Source: Chloroflexota bacterium (lineage in GTDB: Bacteria > Chloroflexota > UBA6077 > JAJPHF01). From it: a stretch of DNA of 64,000 nt. This document shows positions 10,420-21,429 of the stretch, one piece after another (positions within the stretch are counted from its first letter, which is position 1; each line of letters opens with the position of its first letter). The notes under the pieces were generated by a model, which did no database searches, had not been told where the DNA came from, and saw only the letters and a list, made by a program, of their open reading frames with translations. The stretch lies in NCBI GenBank assembly GCA_035293805.1, contig DATGMD010000036.1, forward strand, positions 1,417 to 65,416, given 5' to 3'. The position numbers were made by a program, and so were the translations under genes.

Positions 10420-11421
10420 ATGGTGTGCTCGCCAACTGCCGAAAGGAGCGTTTGGATGCTGACGTTCCCCCGTGTCATCCGCATGCCGGTCGTCATGCGC
10501 TCGCGGCTCATGCTGGAGGTGGCCTCCGAGCTGGTGGCCGCCGAGGAGTGGCCCGAGCGCCAGGTGACGATCCACTTCCGGCCACAGGGCGACGAGGCGT
10601 GGCGGCTGTGCTTCTTCGCCAGCGACGCGCCCAACGCCGTGGACGCCGTTGTGAACGGCGAGGCCGACATCGCCATCTGCAACCCGGGCGGCGTGCTGGC
10701 GATGGCGCTGCGCGGCGCCGGCCCGTACCAGGAGCCGATCCCCCTGCGCGCGATCATGGTGCTGCCGCAGTTCGACCAGTTCGGCTTCGGCGTCACCAGC
10801 CAGTCGGGCATCACGTCGCTGGCCCAGGTGCGCGAGCGGCGCTACCCGCTCAAGGTGTCGCTGCGCGGCCAGCGCGACCACTCGGTCCACTTCCTGGCGA
10901 ACCAGGTGCTAGCGACCTACGGTTTCTCGTTCGACGACATCGAGGCGTGGGGCGGCCAGGTACGCTACGACGAGGAGTTTCCGAACGGGCCGAACCGCAT
11001 CGGCGCGGTCGAGCGCGGTGAGGTCGACGCGCTCTTCGACGAGGCGATGCCGATGTGGGCGACGCGGGCGCTGGAGCTGGGTATGCGCTTCCTGCCCGTG
11101 GACGAGCCGCAGCTCCAGCAGCTTGAAGGGATGGGCCTGCGGCGCGTGCCGATCACGCGGGAAGAGTACCCGGCGCTGCCCGCCGACGTGTGGACGATCG
11201 ACTTCAGCGGCTGGCCGGTGTTCACGCTCGCCAGCACGCCCGACCGCGTCGTCACCGCGTTCTGCCAGGCGCTAGAGAACCGCAAGGACCGCATCCCCTG
11301 GTACGGGCAGGGGCCGATGCGCCTCGACCTGATGTGCAAGGACACGAAGGAGGGGCCGCTGGACATCCCCCTGCACCCGGCGGCGGAGGCCTTCTGGCGC
11401 AGTCAGGGCTATCTCGCGTAG
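10420..11421 (+). CDS. Type-2 periplasmic-binding-fold protein (TAXI/NMT1-like) without an obvious signal peptide
   Basis: 333-aa ORF. Contains VNGEADIAICNPGGVLAMAL...ITSLAQVRERRYPLKVSL...GEVDALFDEAM, an SBP-like pattern. The start codon is uncertain. Confidence 0.6.
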   Translation: MVCSPTAERSVWMLTFPRVIRMPVVMRSRLMLEVASELVAAEEWPERQVTIHFRPQGDEAWRLCFFASDAPNAVDAVVNGEADIAICNPGGVLAMALRGAGPYQEPIPLRAIMVLPQFDQFGFGVTSQSGITSLAQVRERRYPLKVSLRGQRDHSVHFLANQVLATYGFSFDDIEAWGGQVRYDEEFPNGPNRIGAVERGEVDALFDEAMPMWATRALELGMRFLPVDEPQLQQLEGMGLRRVPITREEYPALPADVWTIDFSGWPVFTLASTPDRVVTAFCQALENRKDRIPWYGQGPMRLDLMCKDTKEGPLDIPLHPAAEAFWRSQGYLA

Positions 11422-11512
11422 GGGATAGGGAATAGGGACTAGAGAGGTAGGGAATAGGGGGTAGGGGATAGGGACAGCGGCCGTCTCCGTTCCCTACCCC
11501 CTACCCCCTATC
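11419..11512. repeat. Heptanucleotide tandem array (TAGGGNN x8) folding against complementary CCCCTAN units; bidirectional terminator-like hairpin
   Basis: Read directly: tagggga tagggaa tagggac tagagagg tagggaa taggggg tagggga tagggac, then a 15-nt loop, then tccctaccccctaccccctatc. It lies between convergent genes. Confidence 0.7.
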
Positions 11513-11514
11513 AC

Positions 11515-12660
11515 CTACTGGTATTGCTGGTCCCAGGCCTGGAACTGGCCGCTGGCCTGGAGGGCGTCGAGGAACCGCGTGTCCACGAAGTCCTCGGGCC
11601 GCGCGCCGCGCGCCCGGTCGTCGCTCTCGGCCAGCACGTCGACGATCGCCTGGATGCCTTTCACCGAGGGATAGGGCGGCACGACGTACAGGTCGCGGTA
11701 GTGTGCGTAGGTCTCGGCCAGCGCCTCGGGATCGTCGATGCGCATGAACTTGCCCACCGCCGCGCGCGACGGTTCGGGGTTCGCGCGGTAGTAATACAGC
11801 CCCTCGGCCCAGGCGCGCACGAAGCGGGCGACCGGCTCGGGGTCCTCGGCGATACGGCGCCGGGTGGTGATGACGACCGTGTGCTGGTACTCCAGGCCCA
11901 GGCTCGCCACGTCGGTGAGCTTGGTGAGGCCGAGCTTGCGGGCGCGCGTGGTGAGCGGCGGCTGGAGGATGGTGGCGTCGACGGCGCCCGACTCCAGCGC
12001 GGCGAGGCGCTCGGGCGGCTGGCCGACCTGCACGATCTGCACGTCGGTCGCGGGGTCGAGGCCCCAGCGGCGCGCAGCGAAGCGGGCGGCAAAGTCGGTC
12101 GAGTCGCCAAGCTGGGTCACGCCGATGCGCTTGCCGCGCAGCTCGGCCGGGTCGCGCACCTCGCGTGTCCAAATGCTGGTGTCGAGCGTGTTCAGCGCGG
12201 CGGCCACGGCCACGACGTCGGCGCCCGCGATGCCCGCACCCACCACCTCGGCGCCCGAGGTGACGACCAGCGGATACTCGCCGGCCAGCAGGCCGGCCGT
12301 GGCGGTGCGCCCACCGATGTTCGACGTCTCGACCTCCAGGCCGTGGCGGGCGAAAATGCCCGCGTCCTGGAGCACCTGGAGGAGCGCCTGGCTGCCGGCC
12401 ACGGCGCTGTGGACGACGCGCGTCTTGATGAGAGGTGGGGACTCGGCCCGCTCCCCATTGCCTACGGGTGAGGGCGCGGGGGCGCTGGCAGCGGGCGCCG
12501 CGGGCTGCGCGGCCGGGGCCGCCGGAGCGGCGGGTCGGGCGGGCGCGGCGGTGGGAGCGCAGGCGCTCAGGAGGAGCGCCACGACCGCCGCGATGCCCAG
12601 GGGCGGCCGGCGCCAACGGCTTGCGCGCTCGGGATTGACGGCTTGGCTACGCGCGGCCAT
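11515..12660 (-). CDS. NMT1-like solute-binding lipoprotein
   Basis: Lower part of ORF 11515..13326. ATG 12660-12658 gives MAARSQ...LGIAAVVALLLSAC (lipobox), an Ala/Pro linker and an SBP body. The start overlaps the ubiD-family stop by 14 nt. Confidence 0.8.
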   Translation of the reverse strand: MAARSQAVNPERASRWRRPPLGIAAVVALLLSACAPTAAPARPAAPAAPAAQPAAPAASAPAPSPVGNGERAESPPLIKTRVVHSAVAGSQALLQVLQDAGIFARHGLEVETSNIGGRTATAGLLAGEYPLVVTSGAEVVGAGIAGADVVAVAAALNTLDTSIWTREVRDPAELRGKRIGVTQLGDSTDFAARFAARRWGLDPATDVQIVQVGQPPERLAALESGAVDATILQPPLTTRARKLGLTKLTDVASLGLEYQHTVVITTRRRIAEDPEPVARFVRAWAEGLYYYRANPEPSRAAVGKFMRIDDPEALAETYAHYRDLYVVPPYPSVKGIQAIVDVLAESDDRARGARPEDFVDTRFLDALQASGQFQAWDQQYQ

Positions 12661-14086
12661 AGGGAATCCCCCACTTGGCGGCGATCTGCTGCTTGTAGGC
12701 GGTGTCGAAGACGTTGGCCGCGGGGAACGGCTTGCCGTAAGGGCGGCAGGCGTCGACGATGATGCGCGAGCTGACGGGGTTGCCGGTGGCGCGGACCTCG
12801 TCGGGGAGCGCGGGGTCGGCGGGCGAGGTCCAGACGCCGCGCACCACGTCCACGTTGTCCACGTTGCAGCGCGTGCCCATCGCCCAGAACACCTCGCCGG
12901 GGTTGGCGATGTCGATGTCGTCGTCCACGACGACGACCCACTTGCCGGCATAGGCGGCCGAGCGGACGCAGGTAGCGGCGAGGCCGACCTGCTTGGCGTG
13001 GCCGGCGTACTGCTGCTGGATGCGCACGACCAGGAACAGGCCGAAGTAGGTGGCCAGCTGCCAGACGCCGGTGATGCCGGTGCAGCCGGCGCGCTCCAGC
13101 TCGTCCCAGACGAGCGGCACGGTGCGGGGAAAGGCGAAGGCGTAGGGGCGCGGCGGCTTGAGCGGCGGCGAGCCGAGGATGATCGGGGCGTCGCGGTGCA
13201 GGACGGTGTGAACGCGGAGCACGGGCACGACGGCCTGCTCGCGCTTGTGGATGCCGGCGTAGTAGCCGGGCCACTCGCCGAACGGCCCCTCGTCGCAGGA
13301 CTCCTCCGTGAGCGGCGGGATCTCACCCTCCAGCACGATCTCCGCGGTGGCGGGGATGGGCAGGTCGGTGTACGGGCCGCGCGTGATGGGCACCGGGGCG
13401 CCCTTCAGCCAGCCGACGAAGTCGTACTCGCTGACGCCCCAGGGGACGGGTAGCGTGGCGGCGGCGAACAGCGCGGGATCGTGGCCGAGCGAGACCGCGA
13501 CAGGGCACGGCTCGCCGCGCGCGTGGTACTTGTTCAGCATGATGCGGGCGTGCTTGCCCTGGACGATGAGCAGCGAGAGGCGGTCGGGGCCCTGCACCTG
13601 GCCGCGGTAGGTGCCGAGGTTCACCCAGCCCTCGTCGGGGTCGCGCACCACCACGGCGCAGCCGGTGGCGAGGTAGCGGCCGCCGTCCTTCTCGTGCCAG
13701 CGCGGCGTGGGGAACTGGCCGAGATCGACGTCGCGGCCGCGGCGCACGTTCTGGAGCACCGGCGCGGCGCTAACCTCGACGGGCGGCACCTTGTGGAACT
13801 CCTTGAGGCGCGTGCGCCAGCAGTTGGCCAGTTCGACGGGCCCGAGGTCGAGCGGCAGGTTGAGCGCGAGCGCAGTGCGGCGGGCGGTGGCGAAGCCGTT
13901 GGCGAGCACGCGGTAGCCGGGCGGGTAGTCGGCGATGCGGTCGAAGAGCAGCGCCGGGCCGCGGCGCTCGGCCTGAATCTCGGTGAGCGCGCCGATCTCT
14001 AGGTCCCAGTGGGCGCCGTCGAGGCGCTGCAGCTCGCCGAGCGCCTCGGCGGCGGCGATGAAACCGCGCAGGTCGTCGAAACTCAT
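12647..14086 (-). CDS. UbiD family (prFMN-dependent) decarboxylase
   Basis: 479 aa. N-terminus MSFDDLRGFIAAAEALGELQRLDGAHWDLEIGALTE; full-length UbiD-like pattern. Confidence 0.9.
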   Translation of the reverse strand: MSFDDLRGFIAAAEALGELQRLDGAHWDLEIGALTEIQAERRGPALLFDRIADYPPGYRVLANGFATARRTALALNLPLDLGPVELANCWRTRLKEFHKVPPVEVSAAPVLQNVRRGRDVDLGQFPTPRWHEKDGGRYLATGCAVVVRDPDEGWVNLGTYRGQVQGPDRLSLLIVQGKHARIMLNKYHARGEPCPVAVSLGHDPALFAAATLPVPWGVSEYDFVGWLKGAPVPITRGPYTDLPIPATAEIVLEGEIPPLTEESCDEGPFGEWPGYYAGIHKREQAVVPVLRVHTVLHRDAPIILGSPPLKPPRPYAFAFPRTVPLVWDELERAGCTGITGVWQLATYFGLFLVVRIQQQYAGHAKQVGLAATCVRSAAYAGKWVVVVDDDIDIANPGEVFWAMGTRCNVDNVDVVRGVWTSPADPALPDEVRATGNPVSSRIIVDACRPYGKPFPAANVFDTAYKQQIAAKWGIPYGRA

Positions 14087-14114
14087 TCGGTGCCCCCCCT
14101 AAGCACTCGGCCCG

Positions 14115-14157
14115 GGATAGTGTGTAGGTTTGGCTTCGCCAAACCTACACACTATCC
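14115..14157. promoter_or_regulatory. Perfect 20-bp inverted repeat (3-nt spacer) in a divergent intergenic region; candidate operator
   Basis: ggatagtgtgtaggtttggc ttc gccaaacctacacactatcc. It is lower in GC than its surroundings and lies between the ubiD-family gene (minus) and the LLM oxidoreductase (plus). Confidence 0.45.
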
Positions 14158-14293
14158 ACGGCTGGCAGCTTAGCTCGCCAAGGATACCAGGCGTCCGCGC
14201 GGGCAAGCCACGGCGAGCGGCCAGGAGCCGCGTCAGGCGCCTTGACCGGCGGGGCTGCATTCGCTACGCTCGCGCTGTGATGGCGGAGGGAAC

Positions 14294-15355
14294 ATGCGCT
14301 TCGGCTACTTCACCCTGACGGACAACCCGGCGGGCTACGGCGACCGCCGCCGCGATCCGAGCCAGTTCCTCCGCGAGGTGCTGGCGGAGGCCGTTCTGGC
14401 GGAGGAGCTAGGCTTTCACTCCGTCTGGCTGCCCGAGCACCACTTCGGCCTGTTCGGCTGCCTGCCCACGCCCGCCCAGTTCCTGAGCTACCTGGCCGCG
14501 CGCACCACGCGCGTGCGGCTGGCGCCCGGCACGATCGTCCTACCGATCAACGAGCCCCTGCGCGTCGCCGAGGAGTACGCCGCGCTCGACCTGCTCAGCA
14601 ACGGCCGCGCCGTCTTCTGCGCCGGGCGCGGCTTCGACCGCCGCGAGTACCAGGCGTTCGGCGTGCCGCTCGAGGAGAGCCGCGAGCGCTTCGACGAGGC
14701 GCTGGCCCTCGTGCGCACGGCGCTGAGCGAGGAGCAGTTCACCTTCGCCGGCCGCTTCTACCATGTCGACGAGCCGATCACCGTGCTGCCGCGCCCCGTG
14801 CAGGAGCCCCATCCCCCCATGTACGTCGCCTGCTTCAGCCGCCCCACTGTCGAGATGGCGGCGCGCGGCGGCTACCACGCGATCTTCGCCCCGTTCGCGG
14901 CCGCCATGATGTTCGGCAGCCTGCAGCAAGCCGCCGACGAGTTCCGTGGCCTGGCGCGGGCCGCCGGCCACGCCGAGCCGCGGATCATGTGCTCGTACTT
15001 CGCGGCCATCGCCGACAGCGCGGCCGAGACCCGCGCGGCCCAGGAGCGGCTGCTGTTCTACCTGCGCGCCGTCACCCCGGCCAACCTCGACCCGAAAGCC
15101 AACCTGCCGCCGAACCTGGCCTACATGGCCGACATCGCCCGGCGCGTGCAGACGATGCAGCCCGAGCAATTGGGCGAGCGCAGCATCGTCGCCGGCGACG
15201 CCGCGCGCTGCGTAGAGCTGTTCAAGCAGGTCGAGGCCGCCGGCATCGAGGAAGTCGTCCTCTACCTCAACTACGGCGCCTACTCTCACGCCGACACCGT
15301 GCGCCAGATGGAGCGCTTCGCCCGCGACGTCCTTCCCCACTTCGATGCGCTATGA
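14294..15355 (+). CDS. LLM-class (luciferase-like) flavin/F420-dependent oxidoreductase
   Basis: 353 aa. MRFGYFTLTDNP...EELGFHSVWLPEHHF...LAPGTIVLPINEPLRVAEEYAALDLLSNGR. Confidence 0.85.
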   Translation: MRFGYFTLTDNPAGYGDRRRDPSQFLREVLAEAVLAEELGFHSVWLPEHHFGLFGCLPTPAQFLSYLAARTTRVRLAPGTIVLPINEPLRVAEEYAALDLLSNGRAVFCAGRGFDRREYQAFGVPLEESRERFDEALALVRTALSEEQFTFAGRFYHVDEPITVLPRPVQEPHPPMYVACFSRPTVEMAARGGYHAIFAPFAAAMMFGSLQQAADEFRGLARAAGHAEPRIMCSYFAAIADSAAETRAAQERLLFYLRAVTPANLDPKANLPPNLAYMADIARRVQTMQPEQLGERSIVAGDAARCVELFKQVEAAGIEEVVLYLNYGAYSHADTVRQMERFARDVLPHFDAL

Positions 15356-15412
15356 TGAGCATACGCACCGCGCCGCCGGTGGCGCGGCGCCCGCCAGCCT
15401 ATCGTCCGCGAG

Positions 15413-17086
15413 GTGCCCATGCCCCGCGGCGCTCCCGGCCTCGCCTACGCCCTCGCGCGCCTGCGTGGCGCGGCGCGTCCCCCGGTCACCATCACCGACC
15501 CGCCCGCGAGCATTCGCTTCGAGCGGGACGTGCCGGTGGCGGTTCGGGACGGCACCGTGCTGCGCGTGAACGTCTTTCGCCCGGCCGCTGCTGGCGCGTA
15601 CCCCGTGCTCATGTGCGCCCACCCCTACGGCAAGGACCACCTGCCCCGCCGCACGCCCCTCGGGTATCTGCCGCCGATCATGCTCCGCCTGATGCGCCAG
15701 GACCGGCCGTTCCGCTTCTCGGCGTGGACGAGCTGGGAGGCACCCGACCCCGCCTACTGGGTGCCGCGCGGGTACGTGGTGGTGAACTGCGACCTGCGCG
15801 GCTTCGGCCACTCGGACGGCGTGGGCACGCTGCTCTCCGACGCCGAGGCCGACGACTACTACGACCTGATCGAGTGGGCGGCGGCGCAGCCGTGGTCCAG
15901 CGGCCGCGTGGGGCTCAACGGCGTGTCGTACCTGGCGCTGAGCCAGTGGAAGGTGGCGGCCTTGCGCCCGCCCCACCTGGCGGCGATCTGCCCGTGGGAG
16001 GGGTTCAGCGACGTGTACCGCGATCTGGCCTATCCGGGTGGCATCCGCGAGGACGGCTTCCTGCCGTTCTGGAGCGCGGGGGTGCGCCGCGAGGGGCGCT
16101 GCACGGAGGACGTGCGCCAGGAGCAGCTCGCGCGCCCGTGGTGGGACCCGTGGTGGGCGGCCCGGACGGCGCCGCTGGAGCAGATCGCCGTGCCGGCGCT
16201 GATCTGCGGCAGCTTCTCCGACCACAACCTGCACTCGCGCGGCGCGTTCGAGGCGTTTGGGCGCCTCGGCTCGCCCCAGCGCTGGCTCTACACGCATCGC
16301 GGGGGCAAGTGGGCGACGTACTATTCGGCCGAGGCGCTGGCGTTCCAGGCGCGCTTCTTCGACCACTTCCTGAAGGACGAGGACACGGGGCTGCGCGCGC
16401 TGCCGTCGGTGCGGCTGGAGGTGCGCGAGCGCGGCGACCGGGTACACGCGGTGCGGCACGAGGCGGCGTGGCCGCTGCCGCGCACCGTTTGGACGCCGCT
16501 CTACCTGCACCTGGACGGCACCTTGCGCGCCGCGCCCGCGGCCACGACGGGCGTCGTGCGCTTCGACACCGCGCGCCAACGGGTGAGCTTCGCGTGGACG
16601 GCGCCCGAGGACGTGGAGCTGACGGGCCCGATGGCGCTGCGGCTGCACGTGGCGGTCGAGGGGGCGAACGACGCCTGCCTGTTCGTGGGGGTGCGGAAGC
16701 TGCGCGGCGGGCGGCACGTGGTGTTCGAGGGCTCGTACGGCTTTGGCTACGACCTGGTCACGCGCGGCTGGCTGCGGCTCTCGCACCGCCGGCTGGACCC
16801 GGCGCGCTCGGAGCCGTGGCGCCCGTGGCTGACCCACGAGACGCCCGAGCCGCTCGCGCCCGGCGCGATCGTGCCCGCGGACGTCGAGCTGTTGCCGTCG
16901 GCGACGCTGTTCCGGCGCGGCGAGACGCTGCGCCTCGACGTGCAGGGCCGCTACTTCTTCCGCAAGCACCCGCTGTTCGGCCAGTTTCCCGCCGCCTACG
17001 AGCACGGCCCACGGGCCACCGTCGCGCTGCACTGCGGCGGCGCCTACGACGCGCGGCTCCTAGTACCGGTGATCCCCACCGCCTGA
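15413..17086 (+). CDS. CocE/NonD family hydrolase (X-Pro dipeptidyl-peptidase S15-like)
   Basis: 557 aa. YPVLMCAHPYGKD, GYVVVNCDLRGFGHSDG, DYYDLIEWAAAQPWSSGRVGLNGVSYLA. Confidence 0.85.
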   Translation: MPMPRGAPGLAYALARLRGAARPPVTITDPPASIRFERDVPVAVRDGTVLRVNVFRPAAAGAYPVLMCAHPYGKDHLPRRTPLGYLPPIMLRLMRQDRPFRFSAWTSWEAPDPAYWVPRGYVVVNCDLRGFGHSDGVGTLLSDAEADDYYDLIEWAAAQPWSSGRVGLNGVSYLALSQWKVAALRPPHLAAICPWEGFSDVYRDLAYPGGIREDGFLPFWSAGVRREGRCTEDVRQEQLARPWWDPWWAARTAPLEQIAVPALICGSFSDHNLHSRGAFEAFGRLGSPQRWLYTHRGGKWATYYSAEALAFQARFFDHFLKDEDTGLRALPSVRLEVRERGDRVHAVRHEAAWPLPRTVWTPLYLHLDGTLRAAPAATTGVVRFDTARQRVSFAWTAPEDVELTGPMALRLHVAVEGANDACLFVGVRKLRGGRHVVFEGSYGFGYDLVTRGWLRLSHRRLDPARSEPWRPWLTHETPEPLAPGAIVPADVELLPSATLFRRGETLRLDVQGRYFFRKHPLFGQFPAAYEHGPRATVALHCGGAYDARLLVPVIPTA

Positions 17087-17105
17087 TCCCGAATCCGGCC
17101 CCCTC

Positions 17106-17189
17106 GTCCCTCCCCCTCTCCCCCTGGGAGAGGGCCGGGGTGAGGGCGTCCCTCCCCCTCTCCCCCTGGGAGAGGGCCGGGGTGAGGGC
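17106..17189. repeat. Two exact tandem copies of a 42-bp GC-rich palindromic element
   Basis: gtccctccccctctccccctgggagagggccggggtgagggc occurs twice in tandem. The internal arms ctctcccc/gggagag and ccctcccc/ggggtgaggg can pair. It produces the PLSPWERAGVRA peptide seen in a shadow ORF. Confidence 0.9.
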
Positions 17190-17311
17190 CCGCCCCGCTA
17201 GGTGAACGCCGGCCCGATTCGGTATGACAGAGACGGCGGCGGGTCGCTCTCCAGGAGAGCCTCGTTCGCGGCCGCCAGGCGGCCTGCTGATCCGAGCGTC
17301 AGCCCGCGAAC

Positions 17312-17923
17312 GTGCGCAGGGTGCTCAGGAGCCGCGTGAGGAAGGGAACGGCGGTGGTCGAGCGGACGGAGCGCGAGAAGATGCTGGCAGGCGAGCTATA
17401 CCGCGCCAGCGATCCCGAGCTTACCGCGGCGATCGCGCGCGCCGATCGCCTGATGCGCGCCTTCAATGCCACCACGGTCGACGACCTCGACCGTCGGGCC
17501 ACGCTGCTGCGCGAGCTGCTCGGGAGCGTGGGCGCGGACGTCGTCGTGCGGCCGCCCTTCTACTGTGATTATGGCTCCAACATCCACCTGGGCCGCGGGA
17601 CTTTTCTCAACTACAACTGCGTCCTGCTCGACGTGTGCCAGATCGAGATCGGCGCGCTTTGCCAGATCGGGCCGGCCGTCCAGATCTACGCGGCCGACCA
17701 CCCGCGCGATCCGGCCCTCCGTCGCCAGGGACTAGAGAACGGGAAGCCCGTGCGGATTGGGTACAACGTCTGGATCGGCGGCGGCGCGATCATCCTGCCG
17801 GGCGTCACGATCGGCGACGATGCAATCGTCGGCGCCGGCGGCGTCGTCACGCGCGACGTGCCCCCGGGCGCCACCGTGGCCGGCAATCCGGCGCGTATCC
17901 TGCGCTCGCGGCACCGTGGATAG
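17312..17923 (+). CDS. Sugar O-acetyltransferase (maltose/galactoside acetyltransferase-like, hexapeptide repeat)
   Basis: EREKMLAGELYRASDPEL...FYCDYGSNIHLG...NVWIGGGAIILPGVTIGDDAIVGAGGVVTRDVP. The true start may be slightly downstream. Confidence 0.85.
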   Translation: MRRVLRSRVRKGTAVVERTEREKMLAGELYRASDPELTAAIARADRLMRAFNATTVDDLDRRATLLRELLGSVGADVVVRPPFYCDYGSNIHLGRGTFLNYNCVLLDVCQIEIGALCQIGPAVQIYAADHPRDPALRRQGLENGKPVRIGYNVWIGGGAIILPGVTIGDDAIVGAGGVVTRDVPPGATVAGNPARILRSRHRG

Positions 17924-18058
17924 CCGCCACCCGCCGCCGTCCCTTCATAACCAGGACCAGGCCGTGATCGAGTATCGTCGGGGGTAAACCACATCGGGCT
18001 GGCCGATGCGCCGGCGCGGTCGCTAGCCGTCAACCGACGGTCCTCGGGGAGGCAGACC

Positions 18059-19135
18059 GTGAGCACTCACGAGAGCGCCATGATGGGCCGTGGGTACTAC
18101 AACGCGCACTCGCAGGAACAGGACAACGCGAACGCCATCGCCCTGCCGATGCTGGAGCAGGCCGCGGCTGCCGCGACGCTGCCCGCGCCGGGCGAGCCCG
18201 CGGTGGTCGCCGACTACGGAGCGTCGCAGGGACACAACTCGCTGGCGCCGATGCGGACCGTCATCGCGACCCTGCGGCGGCGCCTGGCGCCCGACGCGGC
18301 AATCAGCATCGTGCACACGGACCTGCCGAGCAACGACTTCAGTGCGCTGTTCACGCTCCTGGCCGAGTCGCCCGACAGCTACCTGCGCGGCGCGGCCGAA
18401 GTGTACCCCTCGGCTATCGGGCGGTCGTTCTATCAGCCCCTCTTCGCGAGCGGCCAGGTCGCGCTTGGCTACTCGGCGATCGCGGTGCACTGGCTGAGCG
18501 CCGCGCCATGCCCCATCCCGAATCATATCTGGCCGCCGCGCGCCGAGGACGCCGTCCGCGCGGCCTTCGCCGCGCGCGCCCGCACGGACTGGGATACCTT
18601 CCTGGCCTGTCGAGCACGCGAGCTGCGGCCTGGCGGGCGGCTGGTCGTCGTCGGCAGCCTGGCCGACTCAGCCGGCCGCAGCGGCGCGGAAGGGCTGCTC
18701 GACCTGGCGAACGACGTGCTCCAGGAGTTGGTCGCGGCGGGCACGCTGGCCGCGGCGACCTACCAGCAGATGGTCTTGCCGATGTACTACCGCACGCTGG
18801 AAGAGTACACCGCGCCGTTCAGCATGCACCCGGCCAGCGACGGCACGTCATTGCAGCTGATCGCCAGCGAGCCGGTGGCGCTCGCGGACGTGTTCTGGGC
18901 GCGCTACCAGGAAGCGGGCGACCGGCAAGCGTACGCTGCCGCTTACACGGGGTTTCTGCGCGCGTTCACCGAGCCGACGTTGTTCGGCGCCAACGTGCCG
19001 GCGGTCCCACCGCAGTCGTCGAAGCGGCTAGCGGACGAATTCTATCGTCGGGTGCAGGAACGCATCATGGCCGATCCCGCGCGTGTGCGCTGCGCCTGGC
19101 AGATCGTGCTCCTGCATCTCGCGAAAGCTCCGTGA
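18059..19135 (+). CDS. SAM-dependent methyltransferase (SABATH/Methyltransf_7-like)
   Basis: 358 aa. MMGRGYYNAHSQEQ...VVADYGASQGHNSL...SFYQPLF...VHWLS pattern. Confidence 0.7.
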   Translation: MSTHESAMMGRGYYNAHSQEQDNANAIALPMLEQAAAAATLPAPGEPAVVADYGASQGHNSLAPMRTVIATLRRRLAPDAAISIVHTDLPSNDFSALFTLLAESPDSYLRGAAEVYPSAIGRSFYQPLFASGQVALGYSAIAVHWLSAAPCPIPNHIWPPRAEDAVRAAFAARARTDWDTFLACRARELRPGGRLVVVGSLADSAGRSGAEGLLDLANDVLQELVAAGTLAAATYQQMVLPMYYRTLEEYTAPFSMHPASDGTSLQLIASEPVALADVFWARYQEAGDRQAYAAAYTGFLRAFTEPTLFGANVPAVPPQSSKRLADEFYRRVQERIMADPARVRCAWQIVLLHLAKAP

Positions 19136-19185
19136 GCCCCGCGGATTGTCGCAGCATGAGGCGCGGAGCGCGTCATGGCGTCAGG

Positions 19186-21309
<2,124 letters not shown>

Positions 21310-21429
21310 GCCTCACCACCCCACAAAACAGCGCCCGGCCATCGGCCAGGCGCTCGCGTGGCCCCGCGGGCCACCTCGAAACTATACCCGATGCCGCCCC
21401 GCCCCGGCGGCCCGCCAGCCCGGCGCAGC

